Below, piece after piece: positions 39,601 through 51,479 of a stretch of DNA of 64,000 nucleotides (its first letter is position 1; each line of letters opens with the position of its first letter). The stretch comes from Eledone cirrhosa (lineage: Eukaryota): assembly GCA_964016885.1 (NCBI GenBank), contig OZ024754.1:25730001-25794000 (forward strand), read 5' to 3'. A model generated the notes under the pieces. That model did not search any database. It saw nothing but the letters and a program-made list of their open reading frames with translations, and was not told the DNA's origin. The position numbers were made by a program, and so were the translations under genes.

Positions 39601-42600
39601 GAGATTCTTCTCAGACAACCTTCTGCTGTACAGCTCTCCTAAGAGTTTCTTCCCAGACAACCTTCTGCTGTCCACCTCTCCTGATAGTTTCTTCTCAGAC
39701 GACCTTCTGCTGTCCACCTCTCCTGAGAGTTTCTTCTCAGACAACCTTCTGCTGTCCAGCTCTCCTGAGAGTTTCTTCTCAGACAAGCTTCTGCTGTCCA
39801 CCTCTCCTGAGAGTTTCTTCTCAGACGACCTTCTGCTGTCCAGCTCTCCCGAGAGTTTCTTCTCAGACAACCTTTTGCTGTCCACCTCTCCTGAGAGTTT
39901 CTTCTCAGACGACATTCTGCTGTCCACATCTCCTGAGAGTTTCTTCTCAGACAACCTGCCGCTGTCCACCTCTCCTGAGAGTTTCTTCTCAGACAACCTG
40001 CTGCTGTCCAGCTCTCCTGAGAGATTCTTCTCAGACAACTTTCTGCTGTACAGCTCTCCTGAGAGTTTCTTCTCAGACAAGCTTCTGCTGTCCACCTCTC
40101 CTGAGAGTTTCTTCTCAGACGACCTTCTGCTGTCCAGCTCTCCCTGAGAGTCTCTTCTAAGACAACCTGCTGCTGTCCACCTCTCCTGAGAGTTTCTTCT
40201 TAGACAACATTCTGCTATCCACCTCTCTGGAGAGTTTCTTCTCAGACAACCTTCTGCTGTCCAGCTCTCCCGAGAGTTTCTTCTCAGACAACCTTCTGCT
40301 GTCCACCTCTCCTGAGAGCTTCTTCTCAGACGACATTCTGCTGTCCAGCTCTCCTGAGAGTTTCTTCTCGGACAAACTGCTGCTGTCCACCTCTCCTGAT
40401 AGTTTCTTCTCAGACAACCTGCTGCTGTCCACCTCGCCTGAGAGTTTCTTCTCAGACAACCTGTTGCTGTCCACCTCTCCCTGAGAGTTTCTTCTCAGAC
40501 AACCTGCTGCTGTCCACCTCTCCTGAGAGTTTCTTCTCAGACAAACTGATGCTGTCCACCTCTCCTGAGAGTTTCTTCTCAGACGACCTTCTGCTGTCCA
40601 GCTCTCCCTGAGAGATTCTTCTCAGACAACCTTCAGCTGTCCACCTCTCCTGAGAGTTTCTTCTCAGACAACCTTCTGCTGTCCAGCTCTTCTGAAAGTT
40701 TCTTCTCAGACAATCTTCTGCTGTACACCTCTCCTGAAAGTTTCTTCTCAGACAACCTTCTGCTGTCTACCTCTCCTGAGAGTTTCTTCTCAGACAAACT
40801 GTGGCTGTCCACCTCTCCTGAGAGTTTCTTCTCAGACAACCTGCTGCTGTCCACCTCTCTTGAGAGATTCTTCTCAGACAACCTGCTGCTGTCCACCTCT
40901 CCTGAGAGTTTCTTCTCAGACAAACTTCTGCTGTCCACCTCTCCTGAGAGTTTCTTCGCAGACAAGCTGTTGCTGTCCAGCTCTCCCTGAGAGATTCTTC
41001 TCAGACGACCTTCTGCTGTCCACATCTCCTGAGAGTTTCTTCTCAGACAACCTGCCGCTGTCCACCTCTCCTGAGAGTTTCTTCTCAGACAACCTTCTGC
41101 TGTCCAGCTCTCCTGAGAGATTCTTCTCAAACAACCTTCTGCTGTACAGCTCTCCTAAGAGTTTCTTCCCAGACAACCTTCTGCTGTCCACCTCTCCTGA
41201 TAGTTTCTTCTCAGACGACCTTCTGCTGTCCACCTCTCCTGAGAGTTTCTTCTCAGACAACCTTCTGCTGTCCAGCTCTCCTGAGAGTTTCTTCTCAGAC
41301 AAGCTTCTGCTGTCCACCTCTCCTGAGAGTTTCTTCTCAGACGACCTTCTGCTGTCCAGCTCTCCCTGAGAGTCTCTTCTAAGACAACCTGCTGCTGTCC
41401 ACCTCTCCTGAGAGTTTCTTCTCAGACAACATTCTGCTATCCACCTCTCCGGAGAGTTTCTTCTCAAACAACCTTCTGCTGTCCAGCTCTCCCGAGAGTT
41501 TCTTCTCAGACAACCTTCTGCTGTCCACCTCTCCTAAGAGTTTCTTCTCAGACGACATTCTGCTGTCCAGCTCTCCTGAGAGTTTCTTCTCAGACAACCT
41601 GCTGCTGTCCACCTCTCCTGAGAGTTTCTTCTCAGACAACCTGCTGCTGTCCACCTCTCCTGAGAGTTTCTTCTCAGACAACCTTCTGCTGTCCAGCTCT
41701 CTTGAGAGTTTCTTCTCAGACAACCTGCTGCTGTCCACCTCTCCTGAGAGTTTGTTCTCAGACAACCTGCTGCTGTCCACCTCTCCTGAGAGTTTCTTCT
41801 CAGACAACCTGCTGCTGTCCACCTCTCCTGAGAGTTTCTTCTCAGACAACCTGCTGCTGTCCAACTCTCCTGAGAGTTTCTTCTCAGACAACCTGCTGCT
41901 GTCCACCTCGCCTGAGAGTTTCTTCTCAGACGACCTTCTGCTGTCCACCTCTCCTGAGAGTTTCTTCTCAGACAACCTGTTGCTGTCCAGCTCTCCCTGA
42001 GAGTTTCTTCTCAGACAACCTGCTGCTGTGCACCTCTCCTGAGAGTTTCTTGTCAGACAACCTGCTGCTGTCCACCTCTCCTGAGAGTTTCTTCTCAGGC
42101 AACCTGTTGCTGTCCACCTCTCCCTGAGAGTTGCTTCTCAGACAACCTGCTGCCTTCCATCTCTCCTGAGAGTTTCTTCTCAGACAACCTGCTGCTGTCC
42201 ACCTCTCCTGAGAGTTTCTTCTCAGACGACCTACTGCTGTTCAGCTCTCCCTGAGAGTTTCTTCTCAAACAACGTTCTGCTGTCAACCTCTCCTGAGAGT
42301 TTCTTCTCAGACAACCTTCTGCTGTCCAGCTCTCCTGAGAGTTTCTTCACAGACAACCTGTTGCTGTCCAGCTCTCCTGAGAGTTTCTTCCCAGACAACC
42401 TTCTGCTGTCCACCTCTCCTGATGGTTTCTTCTCAGACGACCTTCGGCTGTCCACCTCTCCTGAGAGTTTCTTCTCAGACAACCTTCTGCTGTCCAGCTC
42501 TCCTGAGAGTTTCTTCTCAGACAAGCTTCTGCTGTCCACCTCTCCTGAGAGTTTCTTCTCAGACGACCTTCTGCTGTCCAGCTCTCCCTGAGAGTTTCTT
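22800..42600. repeat. Mosaic transition zone with interleaved L and R variant cassettes
   Basis: First R markers appear (cttcagctg ~22893, tgtacacc ~22984, aaactgatg ~23860) while L cassettes persist at 26641, ~30729 (last BglII ~30908), ~32080, ~37690-38160 and ~42150-42290. Confidence 0.7.
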
Positions 42601-44250
42601 CTAAGACAACCTGCTGCTGTCCACCTCTCCTGAGAGTTTCTTCTCAGACAATATTCTGCTATCCACCTCTCTGGAGAGTTTCTTCTCAGACAACCTTCTG
42701 CTGTCCAGCTCTCCCGAGAGTTTCTTCTCAGACAACCTTCTGCTGTCCACCTCTCCTGAGAGTTTCTTCTCAAACGACATTCTGCTGTCCAGCTCTCCTG
42801 AGAGTTTCTTCTCGGACAAACTGCTGCTGTCCACCTCTCCTGAGAGTTTCTTCTCAGACAACCTGCTGCTGTCCACCTCTCCTGAGAGTTTCTTCTCAGA
42901 CAACCTGCTGCTGTCCACCTCTCCTGAGAGTTTCTTCTCAGACAACCTGTTGCTGTCCACCTCTCCTGAGAGTTTCTTCTCAGACAACCTGCTGCTGTCC
43001 ACCTCTCCTGAGAGTTTCTTCTCAGACAACCTGCTGCTGTCCACCTCTCCTGAGAGTTTCTTCTCAGACAACCTGCTGCTGTCCACCTCGCCTGAGAGTT
43101 TCTTCTCAGACAACCTGTTGCTGTCCACCTCTCCCTGAGAGTTTCTTCTCAGACAACCTGCTGCTGTCCACCTCTCCTGAGAGTTTCTTCTCAGACAAAC
43201 TGATGCCGTCCACCTCTCCTGAGAGTTTCTTCTCAGACGACCTTCTGCTGTCCAGCTCTCCCTGAGAGTTTCTTCTCAGCCAACCTTCAGCTGTCCACCT
43301 CTCCTGAGAGTTTCTTCTCAGACAACCTTCTGCTGTCCAGCTCTCCTGAAAGTTTCTTCTCAGACAATCTTCTGCTGTACACCTCTCCTGAAAGTTTCTT
43401 CTCAGACAAACTGTGGCTGTCCACCTCTCCTGAGAGTTTCTTCTCAGACAAACTGTGGCTGTCCAGCTCTCTTGAGAGATTCTTCTCAGACAACCTGCTG
43501 CTGTCCACCTCTCCTGAGGGTTTCTTCTCAGACAACCTTCTGCTGTCCACCTCTCCTGAGAGTTTCTTCGCAGACAAGCTGTTGCTGTCCAGCTCTCCCT
43601 GAGAGATTCTTCTCAGACGAGCTTCTGCTGTCCACATCTCCTGAGAGTTTCTTCTCAGACAACCTGCCGCTGTCCACCTCTCCTGAGAGTTTCTTCTCAG
43701 ACAACCTTCTGCTGTCCAGCTCTCCTGAGAGATTCTTCTCAGACAACCTTCTGCTGTCCAGCTCTCCTGAGAGTTTCTTCCCAGACAACCTTCTGCTGTC
43801 CACCTCTCCTGATAGTTTCTTCTCAGACGACCTTCTGCTGTACACCTCTCCTGAGAGTTTCTTCTCAGACAACCTTCTGCTGTCCAGCTCTCCTGAGAGT
43901 TTCTTCTCAGACAAGCTTCTGCTGTCCACCTCTCCTGAGAGTTTCTTCTCAGACGACCTTCTGCTGTCCAGCTCTCCCGAGAGTTTCTTCTCAGACAACC
44001 TTCTGCTGTCCACCTCTCCTGAGAGTTTCTTCTCAGACGACATTCTGCTGTCCAGCTCTCCTGAGAGATTCTTCTCGGACAAACTGCTGCTGTCCACCTC
44101 TCCTGAGAGTTTCTTCTCAGACAACCTGCTGCTGTCCACCTCTCCTGAGAGTTTCTTCTCAGACAACCTTCTGCTGTCCAGCTCTCCTGAGAGTTTCTTC
44201 TCAGACGACCTTCTGCTGTCCAGCTCTCCCTGAGAGTCTCTTCTAAGACA
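31900..44250. repeat. Dispersed duplication: ~31.9-34.2 kb and ~42.0-44.25 kb (offset ~9.9-10.1 kb)
   Basis: ORF pairs 32024/42095, 32536/42601, 33306/43287 and 33533/43472. Shared variants: gagtttcttctaagac, gatgccgtcc (~33222/43203), cagccaaccttcag (~33298/43279), gacgagcttctg (~33678/43618). Confidence 0.82.
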
Positions 44251-47200
44251 ACCTGCTGCTGTCCACCTCTCCTGAGAGTTTCTTCTCAGACAACCTGCTG
44301 CTGTCCACCTCTCCTGAGAGTTTCTTCTCAGACAAGCTGCTGCTGTCCACCTCTCCTGAGAGTTTCTTCTCAGACAACCTGCTGCTGTCCACCTCTCCTG
44401 AGAGTTTCTTCTCAGACAACCTGCTGCTGTCCACCTCGCCTGAGAGTTTCTTCTCAGACAACCTGTTGCTGTCCACCTCTCCCTGAGAGTTTCTTCTCAG
44501 ACAACCTGCTGCTGTCCACCTCTCCTGAGAGTTTCTTCTCAGACAAACTGATGCTGTCCACCTCTCCTGAGAGTTTCTTCTCAGACGACCTTCTGCTGTC
44601 CAGCTCTCCCTGAGAGTTTCTTCTCAGACAACCTTCAGCTGTCCACCTCTCCTGAGAGTTTCTTCTCAGACAACCTTCTGCTGTCCAGCTCTTCTGAAAG
44701 TTTCTTCTCAGACAATCTTCTGCTGTCCACCTCTCCTGATAGTTTCTTCTCAGACGACCTTCTGCTGTCCACCTCTCCTGAGAGTTTCTTCTCAGACAAT
44801 CTGCTGCTGTCCAGCTCTCTTGAGAGATTCTTCTCAGACAACCTGCTGCTGTCCACCTCTCCTGAGAGTTTCTTCTCAGACAACCTTCTGCTGTCCACCT
44901 CTCCTGAGAGGTTCTTCGCAGACAAGCTGTTGCTGTCCAGCTCTCCCTGAGAGATTCTTCTCAGACGACCTTCTGCTGTCCACATCTCCTGAGAGTTTCT
45001 TCTCAGACACCCTGCCGCTGTCCACCTCTCCTGAGAGTTTCTTCTCAGACAACCTTCTGCTGTCCAGCTCTCCTGAGAGATTCTTCTCAGACAACCTTCT
45101 GCTGTACAGCTCTCCTAAGAGTTTCTTCCCAGACAACCTTCTGCTATCCACCTCTCCTGATAGTTTCTTCTCAGACGACCTTCTGCTGTCCACCTCTCCT
45201 GAGAGTTTCTTCTCAGACAAGCTTCTGCTGTCCACCTCTCCTGAGAGTTTCTTCTCAGACGACCTTCTGCTGTCCAGCTCTCCCGAGAGTTTCTTCTCAG
45301 ACAACCTTCTGCTGTCCACCTCTCCTGAGAGTTTCTTCTCAGACGACATTCTGCTGTCCACATCTCCTGAGAGTTTCTTCTCAGACAACCTGCCGCTGTC
45401 CACCTCTCCTGAGAGTTTCTTCTCAGACAACCTTCTGCTGTCCAGCTCTCCTGAGAGATTCTTCTCAGACAACTTTCTGCTGTACAGCTCTCCTGAGAGT
45501 TTCTTCTCAGACAAGCTTCTGCTGTCCACCTCTCCTGAGAGTTTCTTCTCAGACGACCTTCTGCTGTCCAGCTCTCCCTGAGAGTCTCTTCTAAGACAAC
45601 CTGCTGCTGTCCACCTCTCCTGAGAGTTTCTTCTCAGACAACATTCTGCTATCCACCTCTCCGGAGAGTTTCTTCTCAGACAACCTTCTGCTGTCCAGCT
45701 CTCCCGAGAGTTTCTTCTCAGACAACCTTCTGCTGTCCACCTCTCCTGAGAGTTTCTTCTCAGACGACATTCTGCTGTCCAGCTCTCCTGAGAGTGTCTT
45801 CTCGGACAAACTGCTGCTGTCCACCTCTCCTGAGAGTTTCTTCTCAGACAACCTGCTGCTGTCCACCTCTCCTGAGAGTTTCTTCTCAGACAACTTGCTG
45901 CTGTCCACCTCTCCTGAGAGTTTCTTCTCAGACAACCTTCTGCTGTCCAGCTCTCTTGAGAGTTTCTTCTCAGACAACCTGCTGCTGTCCACCTCTCCTG
46001 AGAGTTTCTTCTCAGACAACCTGCTGCTGTCCACCTCTCCTGAGAGTTTCTTCTCAGGCAACCTGCTGCTGTCCACCTCTCCTGAGAGTTTCTTCTCAGA
46101 CAACCTTCTGCTGTCCAGCTCTCTTGAGAGTTTCTTCTCAGACAACCTGCTGCTCTCCACCTCTCCTGAGAGTTTCTTCTCAGACAACCTGCTGCTGTCC
46201 ACCTCTCCTGAGAGTTTCTTCTCAGACAAGCTGCTGCTGTCCACCTCTCCTGAGAGTTTCTTCTCAGACAACCTGCTGCTGTCCACCTCTCCTGAGAGTT
46301 TCTTCTCAGACAACCTGCTGTTGTCCACCTCGCCTGAGAGTTTCTTCTCAGACAACCTGTTGCTGTTCACCTCTCCCTGAGAGTTTCTTCTCAGACAACC
46401 TGCTGCTGTCCACCTCTCCTGAGAGTTTCTTCTCAGACAAACTGATGCTGTCCACCTCTCCTGAGAGTTTCTTCTCAGACGACCTTCTGCTGTCCAGCTC
46501 TCCCTGAGAGTTTCTTCTCAGACAACCTTCAGCTGTCCACCTCTCCTGAGAGTTTCTTCTCAGACAACCTTCTGCTGTCCAGCTCTTCTGAAAGTTTCTT
46601 CTCAGACAATCTTCTGCTGTACACCTCTCCTGAAAGTTTCTTCACAGACAACCTTCTGCTGTCCACCTCTCCTGAGAGTTTCTTCTCAGACAAACTGTGG
46701 CTGTCCACCTCTCCTGAGAGTTTCTTCTCAGACAACCTGCTGCTGTCCAGCTCTCTTGAGAGATTCTTCTCAGACAACCTGCTGCTGTCCACCTCTCCTG
46801 AGAGTTTCTTCTCAGACAACCTTCTGCTGTCCACCTCTCCTGAGAGTTTCTTCGCAGCCAAGCTGTTGCTGTCCAGCTCTCCCTGAGAGATTCTTCTCAG
46901 ACGACCTTCTGCTGTCCACATCTCCTGAGAGTTTCTTCTCAGACACCCTGCCGCTGTCCACCTCTCCTGAGAGTTTCTTCTCAGACAACCTTCTGCTGTC
47001 CAGCTCTCCTTAGAGATTCTTCTCAGACAACCTTCTGCTGTACAGCTCTCCTGAGAGATTCTTCTCAGACGACCTTCTGCTGTCCAGCTCTCCCTAAGAG
47101 TTTCTTCCCAGACAACCTGCTGCTGTCCACCTCTCCTGAGAGTTTCTTCTCAGACAACCTTCTGCTGTCCAGCTCTCTTGAGAGTTTCTTCTCAGACAAC

Positions 47201-50200
47201 CTGCTGCTGTCCACCTCTCCTGAGAGTTTCTTCTCAGACAACCTGCTGCTGTCCACCTCTCCTGAGAGTTTCTTCTCAGGCAACCTGCTGCTGTCCACCT
47301 CTCCTGAGAGTTTCTTCTCAGACAACCTTCTGCTGTCCAGCTCTCTTGAGAGTTTCTTCTCAGACAACCTGCTGCTCTCCACCTCTCCTGAGAGTTTCTT
47401 CTCAGACAACCTGGTGCTGTCCACCTCTCCTGAGAGTTTCTTCTCAGACAAGCTGCTGCTGTCCACCTCTCCTGAGAGTTTCTTCTCAGACAACCTGCTG
47501 CTGTCCACCTCTCCTGAGAGTTTCTTCTCAGACAACCTGCTGCTGTCCACCTCGCCTGAGAGTTTCTTCTCAGACAACCTGCTGGTGTCCACCTCTCCCT
47601 GAGAGTTTCTTCTCAGACAACCTGCTGCTGTCCACCTCTCCTGAGAGTTTCTTCTCAGACAAACTGATGCTGTCCACCTCTCCTGAGAGTTTCTTCTCAG
47701 ACGACCTTCTGCTGTCCAGCTCTCCCTGAGAGTTTCTTCTCAGACAACCTTCAGCTGTCCACCTCTCCTGAGAGTTTCTTCTCAGACAACCTTCTGCTGT
47801 CCAGCTCTTCTGAAAGTTTCTTCTCAGACAATCTTCTGCTGTACACCTCTCCTGAAAGTTTCTTCACAGACAACCTTCTGCTGTCCACCTCTCCTGAGAG
47901 TTTCTTCTCAGACAACCTGCTGCTGTCCACCTCTCCTGAGAGTTTCTTCTCAGACAACCTGCTGCTGTCCACCTCGCCTGAGAGTTTCTTCTCAGACAAC
48001 CTGCTGGTGTCCACCTCTCCCTGAGAGTTTCTTCTCAGACGACCTTCTGCTGTCCACATCTCCTGAGAGTTTCTTCTCAGACACCCTGCCGCTGTCCACC
48101 TCTCCTGAGAGTTTCTTCTCAGACAACCTTCTGCTGTCCAGCTCTCCTGAGAGATTCTTCTCAGACAACCTTCTGCTGTACAGCTCTCCTAAGAGTTTCT
48201 TCCCAGACAACCTTCTGCTGTCCACCTCTCCTGATAGTTTCTTCTCAGACGACCTTCTGCTGTCCACCTCTCCTGAGAGTTTCTTCTCAGACAACCTTCT
48301 GCTGTCCAGCTCTCCTGAGAGTTTCTTCTCAGACAAGCTTCTGCTGTCCACCTCTCCTGAGAGTTTCTTCTCAGACGACATTCTGCTGTCCAGCTCTCCC
48401 GAGAGTTTCTTCTCAGACAACTTTCTGCTGTCCACCTCTCCTGAGAGTTTCTTCTCAGACGACATTCTGCTGTCCACATCTCCTGAGAGTTTCTTCTCAG
48501 ACAACCTGCCGCTGTCCAGCTCTCCTGAGAGTTTCTTCTCAGACAACCTTCTGCTGTCCAGCTCTCCGGAGAGATTCTTCTCAGACAACCTTCTGCTGTA
48601 CAGCTCTCCTGAGAGTTTCTTCTCAGACAAGCTTCTGCTGTCCACCTCTCCTGAGAGTTTCTTCTCAGACGACCTTCTGCTGTCCAGCTCTCCCTGAGAG
48701 TCTCTTCTAAGACAACCTTCTGCTGTCCACCTCTCCTGAGAGTTTCTTCTCAGACGACATTCTGCTGTCCAGCTCTCCTGAGAGTTTCTTCTCGGACAAA
48801 CTGCTGCTGTCCACCTCTCCTGAGAGTTTCTTCTCAGACAACCTGCTGCTGTCCACCTGTCCTGAGAGTTTCTTCTCAGACAACCTGCTGCTGTCCACCT
48901 CTCCTGAGAGTTTCTTCTCAGACAGCCTTCTGCTGTCCAGCTCTCTTGAGAGTTTCTTCTCAGACAACCTGCTGCTGTCCACCTCTCCTGAGAGTTTCTT
49001 CTCAGACAACCTGCTGCTGTCCACCTCTCCTGAGAGTTTCTTCTCAGACAAGCTGCTGCTGTCCACCTCTCCTGAGAGTTTCTTCTCAGGCAACCTGCTG
49101 CTGTCCACCTCTCCTGAGAGTTTCTTCTCAGACAACCTTCTGCTGTCCAGCTCTCTTGAGAGTTTCTTCTCAGACAACCTGCTGCTCTCCACCTCTCCTG
49201 AGAGTTTCTTCTCAGACAACCTGCTGCTGTCCACCTCTCCTGAGAGTTTCTTCTCAGACAAGCTGCTGCTGTCCACCTCTCCTGAGAGTTTCTTCTCAGA
49301 CAACCTGCTGCTGTCCACCTCGCCTGAGAGTTTCTTCTCAGACAACCTGTTGCTGTCCACCTCTCCCTGAGAGTTTCTTCTCAGACAAACTGATGCTGTC
49401 CACCTCTCCTGAGAGTTTCTTCTCAGACGACCTTCTGCTGTCCAGCTCTCCCTGAGAGTTTCTTCTCAGACAACCTTCAGCTGTCCACCTCTCCTGAGAG
49501 TTTCTTCTCAGACAACCTTCTGCTGTCCAGCTCTTCTGAAAGTTTCTTCTCAGACAATCTTCTGCTGTACACCTCTCCTGAAAGTTTCTTCACAGACAAC
49601 CTTCTGCTGTCCACCTCTCCTGAGAGTTTCTTCTCAGACAAACTGTGGCTGTCCACCTCTCCTGAGAGTTTCTTCTCAGACAACCTGCTGCTGTCCAGCT
49701 CTCTTGAGAGATTCTTCTCAGACAACCTGCTGCTGTCCACCTCTCCTGAGAGTTTCTTCTCAGACAACCTTCTGCTGTCCACCTCTCCTGAGAGTTTCTT
49801 CGCAGACAAGCTGTTGCTGTCCAGCTCTCCCTGAGAGATTCTTCTCAGACGACCTTCTGCTGTCCACATCTCCTGAGAGTTTCTTCTCAGACAACCTGCC
49901 GCTGTCCACCTCTCCTGAGAGTTTCTTCTCAGACAACCTTCTGCTGTCCAGCTCTCCTGAGAGATTCTTCTCAGACAACCTTCTGCTGTACAGCTCTCCT
50001 AAGAGTTTCTTCCCAGACAACCTTCTGCTGTCCACCTCTCCTGATAGTTTCTTCTCAGACGACCTTCTGCTGTCCACCTCTCCTGAGAGTTTCTTCTCAG
50101 ACAACCTTCTGCTGTCCAGCTCTCCTGAGAGTTTCTTCTCAGACAAGCTTCTGCTGTCCACCTCTCCTGAGAGTTTCTTCTCAGACGACCTTCTGCTGTC

Positions 50201-51479
50201 CAGCTCTCCCTGAGAGTCTCTTCTAAGACAACCTGCTGCTGTCCACCTCTCCTGAGAGTTTCTTCTCAGACAACATTCTGCTATCCACCTCTCCGGAGAG
50301 TTTCTTCTCAGACAACCTTCTGCTGTCCAGCTCTCCCGAGAGTTTCTTCTCAAACAACCTTCTGCTATCCACCTCTCCTGATAGTTTCTTCTCAGACGAC
50401 CTTCTGCTGTCCACCTCTCCTGAGAGTTTCTTCTCAGACAACCTTCTGCTGTCCAGCTCTCCTGAGAGTTTCTTCTCAGACAAGCTTCTGCTGTCCACCT
50501 CTCCTGAGAGTTTCTTCTCAGACGACCTTCTGCTGTCCAGCTCTCCCGAGAGTTTCTTCTCAGACAACCTTCTGCTGTCCACCTCTCCTGAGAGTTTCTT
50601 CTCAGACGACATTCTGCTGTCCACATCTCCTGAGAGTTTCTTCTCAGACAACCTGCCGCTGTCCACCTCTCCTGAGAGTTTCTTCTCAGACAATCTTCTG
50701 CTGTCCAGCTCTCCTGAGAGATTCTTCTCAGACAACTTTCTGCTGTACAGCTCTCCTGAGAGTTTCTTCTCAGACAAGCTTCTGCTGTCCACCTCTCCTG
50801 AGAGTTTCTTCTCAGACGACCTTCTGCTGTCCAGCTCTCCCTGAGAGTCTCTTCTAAGACAACCTGCTGCTGTCCACCTCTCCTGAGAGTTTCTTCTCAG
50901 ACAACATTCTGCTATCCACCTCTCCGGAGAGTTTCTTCTCAGACAACCTTCTGCTGTCCAGCTCTCCCGAGAGTTTCTTCTCAGACAACCTTCTGCTGTC
51001 CACCTCTCCTGAGAGTTTCTTCTCAGACGACATTCTGCTGTCCAGCTCTCCTGAGAGTTTCTTCTCGGACAAACTGCTGCTGTCCACCTCTCCTGAGAGT
51101 TTCTTCTCAGACAACCTGCTGCTGTCCACCTCTCCTGAGAGTTTCTTCTCAGACAACTTGCTGCTGTCCACCTCTCCTGAGAGTTTCTTCTCAGACAACC
51201 TTCTGCTGTCCAGCTCTCTTGAGAGTTTCTTCTCAGACAACCTGCTGCTGTCCACCTCTCCTGAGAGTTTCTTCTCAGACAACCTGCTGCTGTCCACCTC
51301 TCCTGAGAGTTTCTTCTCAGGCAACCTGCTGCTGTCCACCTCTCCTGAGAGTTTCTTCTCAGACAACCTTCTGCTGTCCAGCTCTCTTGAGAGTTTCTTC
51401 TCAGACAACCTGCTGCTCTCCACCTCTCCTGAGAGTTTCTTCTCAGACAACCTGCTGCTGTCCACCTCTCCTGAGAGTT

